This document shows, in pieces, positions 29,533-39,764 of a DNA stretch of 64,000 nucleotides. Source of the DNA: Candidatus Nanopelagicales bacterium (GTDB lineage: Bacteria; Actinomycetota; Actinomycetes; S36-B12); the NCBI GenBank assembly GCA_018402235.1, contig JAGYJJ010000005.1:346561-410560 (forward strand), written 5' to 3'. Every line of letters starts with the position of its first letter. The first letter of the stretch is position 1. The notes under the pieces were generated by a model. The model had not been told where the DNA came from. It saw only the letters and a list, made by a program, of their open reading frames with translations, and did not search any database. Position numbers and translations under genes: made by a program.

Positions 29533-30780
29533 TTACTCGGCGGATTCGATGGGAACGGTGAACGTAGTCGCGTTGCGACGATCGAGGAAAAGTCCCACAA
29601 CGGTGAGGGCAAGTGATACGACAACCACGGTTGTCACGATCTCGGTCACTGAGTCATTACGCCAGGTGGCAACCACAACCACCAACGTGACCAAAGCGAT
29701 CCAGACGGCAACGACCGCCTTGCGATCTTGGGCGGCTAGCCGTGCGTAGAGCAATACCTGAACCAGTGCGAAGGCTGAACCTTCGAGGGCGAAGAGCCAG
29801 ATCACATCACCCATAGATGCGTACTGCTCACCACCCAGGATCCGTGCAACCAGGTCACCTAGTAAGAAGGCGCTCGCTGTAATGAAGGCGCCCACAATCG
29901 CGGTGAGTCCCGTTGCGATATACACGGTCCGCCGGGATTCCTCTGCAGACATCTTCGGGAACAGCACGATAACGATCGCATTGGGTAAGAAGAAAGCGAT
30001 CTTGGCCAGCAGCACACCCACCGCGTACTGGCCCGATTGGTCTTCGGTGAGGAAGAAGCGCGCGAGAAGGACGTCCACATTGGTGAGCGTGAATAGAACC
30101 ATCAGCGCGTGGACCACGTGACCCAGTTCTACGCCGATACCAGCGCCCACTTTGGTACCGAACGGCTTCCACTCCGGACGACGAACGAGGAGATAGGCAA
30201 TCACTGCGCCTACTGCGCAGCCGATGAAGATGCCGATGCCCACACCCGTAACGCTCGCGAGGAGAACTACACCGATGATCCCGCCTATCGCCCTGCTGCC
30301 ACCATTGGCGATGAATGCCAATGAAAGGCGCGTGTGCTCTTCGCGTCCTTGGGCGATGCCCATCGCGGCAGAACCGACGATCACGAATCCAAGCGAACCG
30401 ATACCGGTGGCTACTGCGAGCGCAGGGATCGTGAAGATCATGCCAATGGGCCACGCGACAGCGATACCGCCGACGATTACTCCGAATCCCAAGAAGATCG
30501 ACAGCCGGATCAATTGCTCTTCGACCTGCTCGCGATCGGTTGTGGCAGTCGCCACGCGACGTGCCGCGAGCGCCTGAGTGGAAATACCCAAGGTCGCCAA
30601 GATGACCAGCAATCCCAAAAGGGCACCGAGGGCACCGAAATCGGCCCGGTTCAAGATGCGTGCGGACACCATGCTCAGCAGGTAGGCAGCACCGTTGCCG
30701 ATGAGTGTCGCGGCACCAACCAGCAGCAGACCCTTCGCCAAGGCCGACCGAGAGGTTATGCGCGGGTCAGGCTCACTCAC
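29533..30780 (-). CDS. Polysaccharide biosynthesis / flippase-like membrane protein
   Basis: About 12 TMs, FGALGALL, DVLLARFFL...GQYA, VLFP. Confidence 0.75.
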   Translation of the reverse strand: MSEPDPRITSRSALAKGLLLVGAATLIGNGAAYLLSMVSARILNRADFGALGALLGLLVILATLGISTQALAARRVATATTDREQVEEQLIRLSIFLGFGVIVGGIAVAWPIGMIFTIPALAVATGIGSLGFVIVGSAAMGIAQGREEHTRLSLAFIANGGSRAIGGIIGVVLLASVTGVGIGIFIGCAVGAVIAYLLVRRPEWKPFGTKVGAGIGVELGHVVHALMVLFTLTNVDVLLARFFLTEDQSGQYAVGVLLAKIAFFLPNAIVIVLFPKMSAEESRRTVYIATGLTAIVGAFITASAFLLGDLVARILGGEQYASMGDVIWLFALEGSAFALVQVLLYARLAAQDRKAVVAVWIALVTLVVVVATWRNDSVTEIVTTVVVVSLALTVVGLFLDRRNATTFTVPIESAE

Positions 30781-30812
30781 GGCCCCAACCCTACGGGCAG
30801 CGAGTCTCGTTC

Positions 30813-32188
30813 CTAGGCCTGCTGGACCTCCGGCAGCGTGGCAAGTGCAGCGGCGAACCGCTCGTCGGAGACTTCCTCATCCGTCATCGTTCCGGCCAAG
30901 TAACTCTCGTATGCCGTGAGATCGAAGTGGCCGTGGCCACACAGTGCGGTCAAGATCACCGTCTCCTCGCCCGTCTCCTTTGCCTTGAGTGCCTCGCGGA
31001 TCGCCAGGGCGATCGCGTGGGTTGGCTCAGGCGCCGGGACGATGCCTTCGGTGCGCGCGAATTGCAACGCCGCCGCGAAGCACTCCGTCTGCGGTACTGA
31101 CTCTGCGTCCATCAGCCCCTCCTCATACATATGGGAGATGAGCGGAGCCATGCCGTGATAGCGCAATCCACCGGCGTGGATGGGATCGGGAATGAAGTCG
31201 TGTCCGAGGGTGTGCATCTTCATGAGCGGGGTCATACCCGCGGTGTCGCCGTAGTCGTATGCGTAAACGCCCCGCGTGAGCGATGGGCACGACGCTGGCT
31301 CGGCAGCGAGGATGCGTGGGTTGATCTTGCCGTCGAGCTTCTCCTTGATGAACGGAAAGGACAAGCCAGCGAAGTTAGATCCGCCACCGGTGCAGCCAAC
31401 GATCAGCGTGGGGCTATCGCCGGCCATCTCCATCTGCAGCAGCGCCTCTTGACCAATCACCGTCTGATGCAACAGCACATGGTTGAGCACCGAACCCAGT
31501 GCGTAACGGGTGTTCGGGTCCTGGGCGGCAACTTCCACCGCCTCGGAGATCGCGATACCGAGGGATCCGCTGTGGTTCTTCGGATCGGCAGCCAGCTGCC
31601 GGCCCACCTCGGTGAGTTGCGAGGGGGATCGATGGATCTGTGCACCGAATGTCTCGATCATCAAGCGTCGGTACGGCTTGGCGTCGTAGGAGGCCCCGAC
31701 CTGCCAGATCTCGCATTCCATGTCGTACAAAGCGCACGCGAAGGCAAGAGCTGTTCCCCACTGTCCAGCACCGGTCTCGGTGGTCAGCCGCGTGGTGCCT
31801 TCCTTTTGTTGTAGTACGCCTGCGGAACCGAGGTATTCGGTTTGTGGGAGCCAGCGGGAGATACACCCTCGTACTTGTAGTAGATGCGTGCCGGCGTACC
31901 GAGGGCCTGCTCAAGGCGGTGCGCACGGAACAGCGGTGAGGGCCGCCACTGCCGGTACACATCCAAAACACCGCCGGGAATATCTATGTAGCGCTCAGTC
32001 GATACCTCTTGCATGATCAGTTCCATCGGGAACAGGGGCGCAAGATCGTCCGGACCCACTGGATCCAGGCGCCCTGGGTGCAACGGCGGCGGAGGTGGCG
32101 TGGGCAGATCGGCCATGATGTTGTACCAAACAGTTGGCATCTGATCTTCCGAGAGAACGTACTTGTGCTGGCGAACGGTGTCATCCAT
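30813..32188 (-). CDS. trpB2: TrpB-like PLP enzyme, TrpB2 class (frameshift near 31800)
   Basis: [67 protein letters not shown]. Confidence 0.92.
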
Positions 32189-32294
32189 GGCAAGCCTCCG
32201 GATCTGATCAGCAGCTGATGAGGCTCGGACGGTACCCCTTGTGGACCGAACCCTCAACCGCTATCGCGAACTTGCAGGCAAAGCAAGGACTCAC

Positions 32295-32345
32295 GTTCCG
32301 CGGGAAAGTTCCGCGGGAAGGTTACGCGGGAAGGTTACGTGGAAG
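32295..32345. repeat. 13-bp tandem repeat over the NlpC/P60 stop codon
   Basis: GTTCCGCGGGAAA-GTTCCGCGGGAAG-GTTACGCGGGAAG-GTTACGTGGAAG. Confidence 0.85.
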
Positions 32346-33098
32346 GACGCGTCCCATTCCGGTGTAACTGCGCCCCCACCACGATCCGGCGATCGGATTG
32401 ACCTTAACTTTCTCTCCTGAGTTGGGAGCGTCGATCATCTTGCCGTCGCCGATATAGATGCCCACATGCCGCGCACCGTTTTCAAAGAAGAAGACGAGAT
32501 CGCCGGGGCGGGCGTCTTTCTTCGAGATGCGCTCGACCCGCTGGTACTGGTTCACCGAGGATCGACCGATCTCTATTCCCAGGGCACGGCGGTAGACGAA
32601 CGACGTGAACCCGCCGCAGTCGAAGGCATGCGGCCCAGCGGCGCCGGCCCGATAGGGCGTTCCGATCTTGTTTCGTGCCACGCGCATGATGTCCGCCCGA
32701 ATCGACGCCACCTGAGCAACCTGCTGGGCTTCAACCAAGGCGACCGTGCGCTGGGTCATCGACTCCGCGTCAAAAGCCGTCACGCGAGGGTGCAATCCCA
32801 CCTTCGAGCCAGCCAACCGATCGGCGCTCACCACCTGCGCCGAGGCGGCGTTCGCCGCGGATGGAACGGCCGAGGCCAGCGCCCAGACCAGCGCCGCTGC
32901 CAATGCAACCGCCACTCCGGAGATGCCCACGGAAATCGACGACTCCCGGAATCGCCGACCCTCTGCCGAAGAATCCGAGCCCGCCCGGCCGGTGCGCAGG
33001 GAAGTACGCACGGATGAGACGGGCTGCCGTGTCTGCTCGGCCCGTGTCTGCTCGGCCCGTGCCTTCTCGGCCCGTGTCTGCTCGGTTCGTGTCCTCAT
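32322..33098 (-). CDS. NlpC/P60 (C40) peptidoglycan peptidase; start uncertain
   Basis: GTPY, FDCGGF, PGDLVFF, HVGIYIGDG.MI.A; TM/signal segment. Confidence 0.92.
   Translation of the reverse strand: MRTRTEQTRAEKARAEQTRAEQTRQPVSSVRTSLRTGRAGSDSSAEGRRFRESSISVGISGVAVALAAALVWALASAVPSAANAASAQVVSADRLAGSKVGLHPRVTAFDAESMTQRTVALVEAQQVAQVASIRADIMRVARNKIGTPYRAGAAGPHAFDCGGFTSFVYRRALGIEIGRSSVNQYQRVERISKKDARPGDLVFFFENGARHVGIYIGDGKMIDAPNSGEKVKVNPIAGSWWGRSYTGMGRVLPRNLPA
33027..33093. repeat. 15-bp tandem repeat at the NlpC/P60 5' end
   Basis: CCGTGTCTGCTCGGC x4 with variants; reads RAEQT repeats on the minus strand. Confidence 0.85.
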
Positions 33099-33296
33099 GA
33101 CGGGGGACGTTAAGCGGAGAACGTCGAATCACGGAATGGTAACGACCGATTATCGGGTGAGCTCCACGGTCATGTATGACCCAGGTCACACAAATGACGA
33201 GACATTTCTAGGACATATTCGGGTTTTTTAGCGACAACCTCGAGTCGCACTTGAGACCCAGTTCCCTACCAATCGCACGCGGTTAGTCTTCGAGCT

Positions 33297-34553
33297 ATGA
33301 GGGTGCGGACACAGAACTTCCGGATTTCGACCACGATTTTGCCCGCGATGGCGATCGCGCTGTCCCTCGGACTCGTCGTGGGGCTCAACGTGGGCGGCGC
33401 TGCAGCCGGCGCTGCAGCCCAAGCCTTAAGTGAGCCGGCCGGAATCGACCGCGACCAGCGCGTCAGCGCAGCCCGCGCGCAAGCGATCAACAAGGCCGCC
33501 CAACGCTTTCTTGACCAATCCGCTGATCAGCCGCCGGGGCTGTGGCTGGCGGTGTGGGATCCCAAGCGCGGCTACTACGAGCAGGGCTACGGACAAGCCG
33601 TCATCGGTGACGCACGGCCGGGTCAGCGACGCACTGCTCGCCGGGCTTCGACTAACGACGTTTTGTACATCGGCTCCATAACCAAGACGATCTTCACAAC
33701 CGCGGTCCTCAGGCAGGTCGCCCGAGGCACGATGACGCTCAACGACACTGTTGAAGATCTGGACCCCGCACTGTCACAGAAGTTTCCCACGATTGCTTCG
33801 GTCACGGTTCGCGACCTCGTAGGAATGACCAGCGGAATCCCCGACTACGCGAATGCGGCGCTTGAACAAGTGCTCGGTGATCCGAACAAGAAATTCACCC
33901 GACATGAATTGATCGCGCTGGGACTGGCAAGCGGGGAGCAAGAGCCCATCGGGACCGGCAACTACTCCAGCACCAACTACATCATCCTCGGCGAGATGTT
34001 GAGGAAGGTGACCCAACGCACACCCGAACGCTCCGTCAATAACGTGTTGAGAAAGGCCGGCCTATCACGTTCGCGACTTCCACTTTCTGGACCGCGGCAG
34101 GCGGGCGGACCGCCAGCTGGCATCGCACACGGGTACATCGGCGCCGCCCTGCCTGCCGACCTGCTGGGTCACGGGCTACCGGACGCGAACACCGATGTCA
34201 CGTCATGGACCTTCAGCTGGGGCAAAGAGGCTGGTGGTGCTTACGCCACCATCGGTGACCTAGCCGAATGGGGCAGCACCTGCTTGGGGAATTCGCTGTT
34301 ACCGAACAAACTCGTGCGCCAACGCTTGGCCACCAAAGACATCGGGGCGCTCAAGTACGGGCTGGGCATCACGAGAGAAGGAGATTGGCTCAGTCACACC
34401 GGCCAAGTGCTCGGCTGGAGTTCGGACGTGGCCTGCAATCTGAAGACCGGCGCAGTTGTTGCCTATGCAACGAACTCCACCAATGGCGTGAGAGATTTCC
34501 CATCGCTAGCCGGCAGCGTGATTTTTCCTGACTACTTCACAGCGAGCGAATGA
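33297..34553 (+). CDS. Secreted serine hydrolase (beta-lactamase/DD-peptidase family)
   Basis: IGSITK (SxxK), YSSTNY, HTG. Confidence 0.9.
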   Translation: MRVRTQNFRISTTILPAMAIALSLGLVVGLNVGGAAAGAAAQALSEPAGIDRDQRVSAARAQAINKAAQRFLDQSADQPPGLWLAVWDPKRGYYEQGYGQAVIGDARPGQRRTARRASTNDVLYIGSITKTIFTTAVLRQVARGTMTLNDTVEDLDPALSQKFPTIASVTVRDLVGMTSGIPDYANAALEQVLGDPNKKFTRHELIALGLASGEQEPIGTGNYSSTNYIILGEMLRKVTQRTPERSVNNVLRKAGLSRSRLPLSGPRQAGGPPAGIAHGYIGAALPADLLGHGLPDANTDVTSWTFSWGKEAGGAYATIGDLAEWGSTCLGNSLLPNKLVRQRLATKDIGALKYGLGITREGDWLSHTGQVLGWSSDVACNLKTGAVVAYATNSTNGVRDFPSLAGSVIFPDYFTASE

Positions 34554-35163
34554 GACTGGCGTAGTCCAAGGCGGTCGCAGGCCGATCGAGCAGCCGCCCG
34601 TCGGGCAACGGCACCGCAAGCGGTGATCCGGTTTCATCCACAACCGAAACCGTCCTAGACCCGGCGGAGGACAGACTCAAGACAACTTGGCCCAGGAGCA
34701 GGACTTGCTCAGCCGAGGGTAAGGACAAGAACGACGACGCCACCGCGATAGTCGCATCGGCCGAGGGCAACGCCACCGCGTCCGACGGAAGGAACTGACT
34801 CACCAATGCAGTCCCGGTAAGCGGGTCCACGACCACACTGCGCAGTCCGGTCTCCGGAGGGGGGCCGGCAGCGAGTCCATCGAGCACCACCTGCGGGACG
34901 GCCGGGGCGGGCACATCGCTGACCAGTGGCACCAGGCCGTCCTCTCGGATGAAGAACAGGTCCACCACCTCCACGGCCGGCGTTGGCGAGGGGCTCACGG
35001 TGGGACTGGAGGTGGGTGTGGGCGTGGGCGTGGGTGATGCGGTCGGCACCACGATCGGCGGGGGGATCACCTCTGGCGGCAACGCCTGCGCGGACTCCTC
35101 CAATGGCACCCCGCAACCGGCCAGCAGTAACGACACCATCGCGGCAACAACACCCGACCTCAT
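34537..35163 (-). CDS. GerMN-domain lipoprotein
   Basis: Lipobox LAGC, Pro/Thr linker, L.AGP...GLRS, GQVVLSL. Confidence 0.75.
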   Translation of the reverse strand: MRSGVVAAMVSLLLAGCGVPLEESAQALPPEVIPPPIVVPTASPTPTPTPTSSPTVSPSPTPAVEVVDLFFIREDGLVPLVSDVPAPAVPQVVLDGLAAGPPPETGLRSVVVDPLTGTALVSQFLPSDAVALPSADATIAVASSFLSLPSAEQVLLLGQVVLSLSSAGSRTVSVVDETGSPLAVPLPDGRLLDRPATALDYASLIRSL

Positions 35164-35254
35164 TGCGTGCTTGTTGACTGCGTGCTTGTTGACTGCGTGC
35201 TTGTTGACTGTGTGACGTGTGCTTGTTGACTGCGTGCGTGTTCACTGTGTGCGT
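35164..35254. repeat. 15-bp tandem repeat between the kinase and GerMN genes
   Basis: TGCGTGCTTGTTGAC x3 perfect plus degenerate copies, abutting the GerMN ATG. Confidence 0.9.
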
Positions 35255-35286
35255 GCGCGGGCGATTCCCGGCAGCGCGCACGCGCA

Positions 35287-36654
35287 TCATGCGCCGTTCC
35301 CATCGTCTGCACTGCTGTCCTGGTTGTCCCGGCTGATCGGAATTTCCACGATGAATCGGGCGCCCCCGCTTTCCCGGTTCTCCACCAGCAGTTCGGCGTT
35401 CAGCAAATTGGCCTGTTCGCGCGCAATCGCCAATCCCAAACCTGCGCCAGAGGTGTGGTGGGCATCTTCGCCGCGCGTGAAGGGTTCGAAGAGCTTCTCT
35501 AGTTGCGCCGGGTCGATGCCCGGCCCGCGATCCTCAACGTAGACGCGCACGGTGTCCGAACGTCGTTCCACTCGAATGCTCTCCACGCCACCGCCGTGGC
35601 GGCGGGCGTTCTCCACGAGGTTGCCCACAACTCTTTCGAAGCGTCGACCATCGGTGCGAATCACTGGTGAGTCGCCGGTTACGAGTTCATCGGAAAGATT
35701 GCGCATGCGGACGACGTCCAAACACAGCAACGAAACGTCGACCGTTTCAACTTGGATCGGATCGTCACCCCCGATTCGCGAGATCTCCAAAAGATCCAGC
35801 AGCATCTGCGACATCCGATGCACCTGCTCCACCAGCACTGCGATCAGCCCGGCTTCGCGCTCAGGCAGTTCTTCGCGTCGCCTATCCAACAAGTCTGCGG
35901 TCCCCACCACGGTGGTCAGCGGTGAGCGAAGTTCGTGACTGACGTTCGCACTAAACCGGCGCTCGCGCTGGATACGCGACTGCACCGCCTCGGCCATGTC
36001 GTTGAACGATGCAGCGATCGGATCCAAATCTCGGTCACCTGTTTCATCGATGCGTGTCCCCAGATCACCGGACGCAATCCGCCGAGTTCCAGCACCCAAC
36101 CGCAAGATCGGGCGCAGAACCTGACTGACGGTGTAGCGGCCGATCACCACACCGATAGCACCGGCAACCAGAGTCTGTCCGGCCAATAACCACGCTCCGA
36201 TCGTGAGCGTCCGGTCCAAGTCCGATAGCGAGAACACCTCCACATACATGGCATCGGTCAACTGAACGGCAACAACAAAGTAAGGATCGCCACTGATCGC
36301 TGCTCGCTGCTGCGCACCACCAGCACTTGCTGCGGTGTCGAGCAAACCAGGCGGTAATGCATCCGGCGGCACGGTGACGCCGGACGTGTACCAAGTGCCC
36401 GCTATTCGCACGAGTGCCTGCGAGGACCCGATCGTTGGAATCTGTTCCAGCGATTGAGTGGGCGAGAGACCAGCGGATAGTGACGCCCCTACCGCACGCG
36501 AGTCCAAAAGCGCGCGCGTCAGCGCCGAATCCTCACGTTGATTCAACAGGTAGTAACCGGCAAAGAAGTACGTGGCACTCGAGACTGCTGCGGCGATCAC
36601 AAGAGAGACCACCCCGAAGGCGATGGCCACTCGGGTGCGCAATCCAAAACGCAT
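35287..36654 (-). CDS. HAMP-domain sensor histidine kinase
   Basis: VSHELRSPL, NLVENA, DRGPGI, FEPF, GAGLGL. Confidence 0.95.
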   Translation of the reverse strand: MRFGLRTRVAIAFGVVSLVIAAAVSSATYFFAGYYLLNQREDSALTRALLDSRAVGASLSAGLSPTQSLEQIPTIGSSQALVRIAGTWYTSGVTVPPDALPPGLLDTAASAGGAQQRAAISGDPYFVVAVQLTDAMYVEVFSLSDLDRTLTIGAWLLAGQTLVAGAIGVVIGRYTVSQVLRPILRLGAGTRRIASGDLGTRIDETGDRDLDPIAASFNDMAEAVQSRIQRERRFSANVSHELRSPLTTVVGTADLLDRRREELPEREAGLIAVLVEQVHRMSQMLLDLLEISRIGGDDPIQVETVDVSLLCLDVVRMRNLSDELVTGDSPVIRTDGRRFERVVGNLVENARRHGGGVESIRVERRSDTVRVYVEDRGPGIDPAQLEKLFEPFTRGEDAHHTSGAGLGLAIAREQANLLNAELLVENRESGGARFIVEIPISRDNQDSSADDGNGA

Positions 36655-36655
36655 G

Positions 36656-37336
36656 TCAGGCCTTCATGCGATACCCGAAACCGCGCACCGTGAGCAGCAG
36701 TTCGGGGTTAGCCGGATCATCTTCGATCTTGTTGCGCAGTCGGTAGATGAGGTTGTCGACCACGCGGCCATCTCCCGCGTTTCCGTACCCCCATACCTTG
36801 CGCAGCAGATGATCTCGGCTGAGTACGCGGCCCTTCGCGCCGATCAATTCCGCGAGCACGAAGAACTCAATACGCGACACTGGCACCGGTTCGCCGTTCC
36901 GCATAACCTCTGCGGTGTCTGGGTGAAGTTCGATCGGACCGCAGACGAGTTCTTCCTCGGACTCCTCCGGCTGCGACGAGCGTCGAAGCTGCGTGCGAAT
37001 GCGCGCCATCAATTCCTTGGCGACGAATGGCTTGGTGACGTAATCGTCGGCTCCTGCCTCCAGACCGGCCACCACATCGTGGCTGTCGGTCTGCGCGGTC
37101 ACGATGATGATCGGCACCTGGCTGGTGGCCCGCAGGCTGCGCACGAGGTCCAGGCCGTGGATTCCCGGGAGCCGAAGGTCCACGAGCACCACATCGGGCT
37201 GCTCGTCTTGGACGATCACCAGGCCCTGCTCCGCGGTGCTAGCTTCGAGAACCCGGTAGCCCTCATCCTCGAGGTTGGTCCGCAGGACCATCCGGATGGC
37301 GTCGTCGTCCTCGACGACCATGACGGTGCGGATCAT
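36656..37336 (-). CDS. OmpR-family response regulator
   Basis: VEDD, DLRLP, GADDYVTKPF, RLRNKIE, TVRGFGY. Confidence 0.96.
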   Translation of the reverse strand: MIRTVMVVEDDDAIRMVLRTNLEDEGYRVLEASTAEQGLVIVQDEQPDVVLVDLRLPGIHGLDLVRSLRATSQVPIIIVTAQTDSHDVVAGLEAGADDYVTKPFVAKELMARIRTQLRRSSQPEESEEELVCGPIELHPDTAEVMRNGEPVPVSRIEFFVLAELIGAKGRVLSRDHLLRKVWGYGNAGDGRVVDNLIYRLRNKIEDDPANPELLLTVRGFGYRMKA

Positions 37337-37447
37337 CGCTACCGCTCAACCCCTCAGCTAGCTGGCGGCCCGAAGGCCGTCGTGCGTATCGACCTATCAG
37401 ACCTCGTGATCACCCCAACCCTACCTGCGACACACCTGCGACATACG

Positions 37448-37570
37448 CGAACCGCCCTATTCCCACCCGCGAACCTCCCCGCCTGGACCCGCGAACCTCC
37501 CCGCGTGGACCCGCGAACCTCCCCGCGTGGACCCGCGAACCTCCCCGCGTGGACCCGCGAACTGCCACAT
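37448..37570. repeat. 22-bp-period array, same family as 19411-19581, opposite orientation
   Basis: CGAACCTCCCCGC at 37470, 37492, 37514 and 37536; degenerate cores at 37448 and 37558; spacers (C/G)TGGACCCG. Confidence 0.95.
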
Positions 37571-37709
37571 TTCGCAGGTCGAGTTGCCAATTTCCGATTT
37601 TCGAAGCCCTCGGCATCACCTTTCCACGACTGGCAACCTCCCGTTCGCCCGCGGTTCCCGACAACGACGTAACCTCCCGAGTGAACGCCCCCAAGGAAGC
37701 AGGTCTGCA

Positions 37710-38477
37710 GTGACGACGATCTCCGTGTGCATTCCAGCACGCAATGAGGAGTCGACCGTGGCCGCTCTGGTTCGTGCGGTCCGCCAGCATCCGCGCGCCG
37801 ACGAGGTGATCGTCATGGATCACGCCTCGCAGGACGCCACCGCGTGCCTCGCCCGGGATGCCGGTGCGCACGTCATTTCCGCCAACGACGTCCTCCCGGA
37901 ATTCGGCCCCGCCCTCGGAAAGGGCGACGTGCTGTGGCGTTCGGTGCATGCGGCCCGCGGCGATGTGATCGTCTGGCTTGACGCCGATCTGCGCTCCTAC
38001 AGCCACGAATATTTGACGAAATTGATCGAACCTTTGGACAACGACAACCCCACCGACCATGCCATCGCGCTCGTGCGTCCGGATTACCCACGCACCCTCG
38101 ATGGTCAACCGACCGGTGGTGGACGCGTCACCGAGCGCACAGCCAAGCCCGCATTGCGCACCTGGCATCCGCATCTGGCTCATATCCGCCAGCCGCTCGC
38201 TGGTGAATACGCCATCCGCCGCGAGGTGGCACAAGCACTTCCCTTCGAAATCGACTACGGCGTTGAGATCGGCTTGCTGATCGACGTTGCAGCTGCCTAC
38301 GGCACTAACTCAATTGCACAAGTGGCGCTGCCTGCCCGCATTCACCGCAATCGACCCGACAGCGAACTCGCAGAACCATCGAGGCAAGTCCTGCGCACGG
38401 CACTCAGCCGGGCTGGCCTGACGATGGCACACGCTCGGCCACCTCTGAACGTGGTTCGACCCCTGGCCATGGCCTAG
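37710..38477 (+). CDS. gpgS: Glucosyl-3-phosphoglycerate synthase-like GT2 protein
   Basis: SVCIPARNEE, GKGDVLWRS, DAD, GGRVTE, QPLAGEYA, YGVEIGLLID, HRN. Confidence 0.85.
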   Translation: MTTISVCIPARNEESTVAALVRAVRQHPRADEVIVMDHASQDATACLARDAGAHVISANDVLPEFGPALGKGDVLWRSVHAARGDVIVWLDADLRSYSHEYLTKLIEPLDNDNPTDHAIALVRPDYPRTLDGQPTGGGRVTERTAKPALRTWHPHLAHIRQPLAGEYAIRREVAQALPFEIDYGVEIGLLIDVAAAYGTNSIAQVALPARIHRNRPDSELAEPSRQVLRTALSRAGLTMAHARPPLNVVRPLAMA

Positions 38478-38491
38478 TTCTAGTTCTAGTT

Positions 38492-39706
38492 CTAGGCCGA
38501 GACGATCCCTTCCACTACATAGTCCGCCACAGCAAGTGAGCTCGTCCAAGCCGGTGAGACCGCGTTCAACATATGGGTGGAGCGGCTATCGCCTTCCACC
38601 ACGAAGTCCATTTCGAGCTTGCCACTAGGCACGTGGAGCAGTTGCGCCCGCACACCTGGCTTTCCGCGTTCGGTGAAGTCTTGCGGTCGAACCGATGGCA
38701 CCAACGCTGCCGCCTGTTTCACCAGGTAAGAACGTGAGTACTTGGGCAATTCCGCGCGCAGCAAACCGGGAACATCGTGGTGTTTGCTGGTGAGGAACCG
38801 CGGGTAACTACGCACTACATCCCACAGTTCGTTACCGCGCATTCCCCCCGTGCCGCCGTAGTCCTCGCGCCACAACGCAGGGATGGCGGTCGGACCGATC
38901 TTGGCTCGGCCATCCACGGTGACGGTCAGGTGCACTCCGAGGAATGGATTGCGCGGATCGGGCACCGGATATACGTGCCGCTGCAATCGTCCGGGCTTCC
39001 AGTTGCCGTACCAATACAAACCCTTGAACGGCAGCATTCGGTAGTCCTGACCGAAGCCGAACCAGTGCGCCACGGTGTCGGCATACAAGCCCGCAGCATT
39101 GATGACGTGCCCGGCGGCAACCCGGCCTTCGAGAACGCTCATCACCCATCCCGGTCCAGCACCGGTTACCGCGTTACCGAGTACCACTCGTCCGCCTCGT
39201 TCGCGGACCCGCTCGGCGAGCGCTTCCACCACTCCCGCTGGACTAGCCACTGCGGTGTTCGGCGACCAGAGCGCATTCCCCACCGTGCGCGCCAGAGGCT
39301 CGAGTTCGGCGAGTCCGGATTCGTCGATCAATTCCAACTCGACGCCGTTTGCCTGCCCGCGATCGAACAAGGTCATTAGCGAGGGCAATTGCTCCTCACT
39401 CGTGGTGACCACAACCTTGCCAGTTTCCCGCAGAGCAACACCTCGCTCGAGGCAGAAGTCCTTGAGCATGCGGTTGCCGTCGCGCGTCAATCGCGCTTTC
39501 AAGGAATCGGGCGCGTAATAGAAGCCGGCGTGCAGCACACCACTGTTACGACCGGATGCATGGGCGGCCAGGTGATCTTCCTTGTCGTAGACGACCACCG
39601 AGTCCGTGGGATTGCGCGTCAGCCAAGCATCGGCCAAAGCTAGCCCCACAACACCCCCACCAATCACCACGAGATCAGCAGTGGAGGGTGCGAAAGTTGA
39701 CGGCAC
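38492..39706 (-). CDS. lhgO: L-2-hydroxyglutarate oxidase
   Basis: GGGVVG, HASGRNSGVLHAG.YY.P.SLKA, YPVPD...PFLGVH, GVRAQ, NAVSPAWTSS. Confidence 0.9.
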   Translation of the reverse strand: MPSTFAPSTADLVVIGGGVVGLALADAWLTRNPTDSVVVYDKEDHLAAHASGRNSGVLHAGFYYAPDSLKARLTRDGNRMLKDFCLERGVALRETGKVVVTTSEEQLPSLMTLFDRGQANGVELELIDESGLAELEPLARTVGNALWSPNTAVASPAGVVEALAERVRERGGRVVLGNAVTGAGPGWVMSVLEGRVAAGHVINAAGLYADTVAHWFGFGQDYRMLPFKGLYWYGNWKPGRLQRHVYPVPDPRNPFLGVHLTVTVDGRAKIGPTAIPALWREDYGGTGGMRGNELWDVVRSYPRFLTSKHHDVPGLLRAELPKYSRSYLVKQAAALVPSVRPQDFTERGKPGVRAQLLHVPSGKLEMDFVVEGDSRSTHMLNAVSPAWTSSLAVADYVVEGIVSA

Positions 39707-39764
39707 CTTCTCACCTTAGTTATCGATCCCATTTGGCCATGCGTGTTCGCGCCTTCTCACGGGC

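Noticed and set aside
33099-33296. c-di-AMP riboswitch upstream of NlpC/P60
   Set aside because: Expected from context, but I could not find the ydaO consensus motifs.
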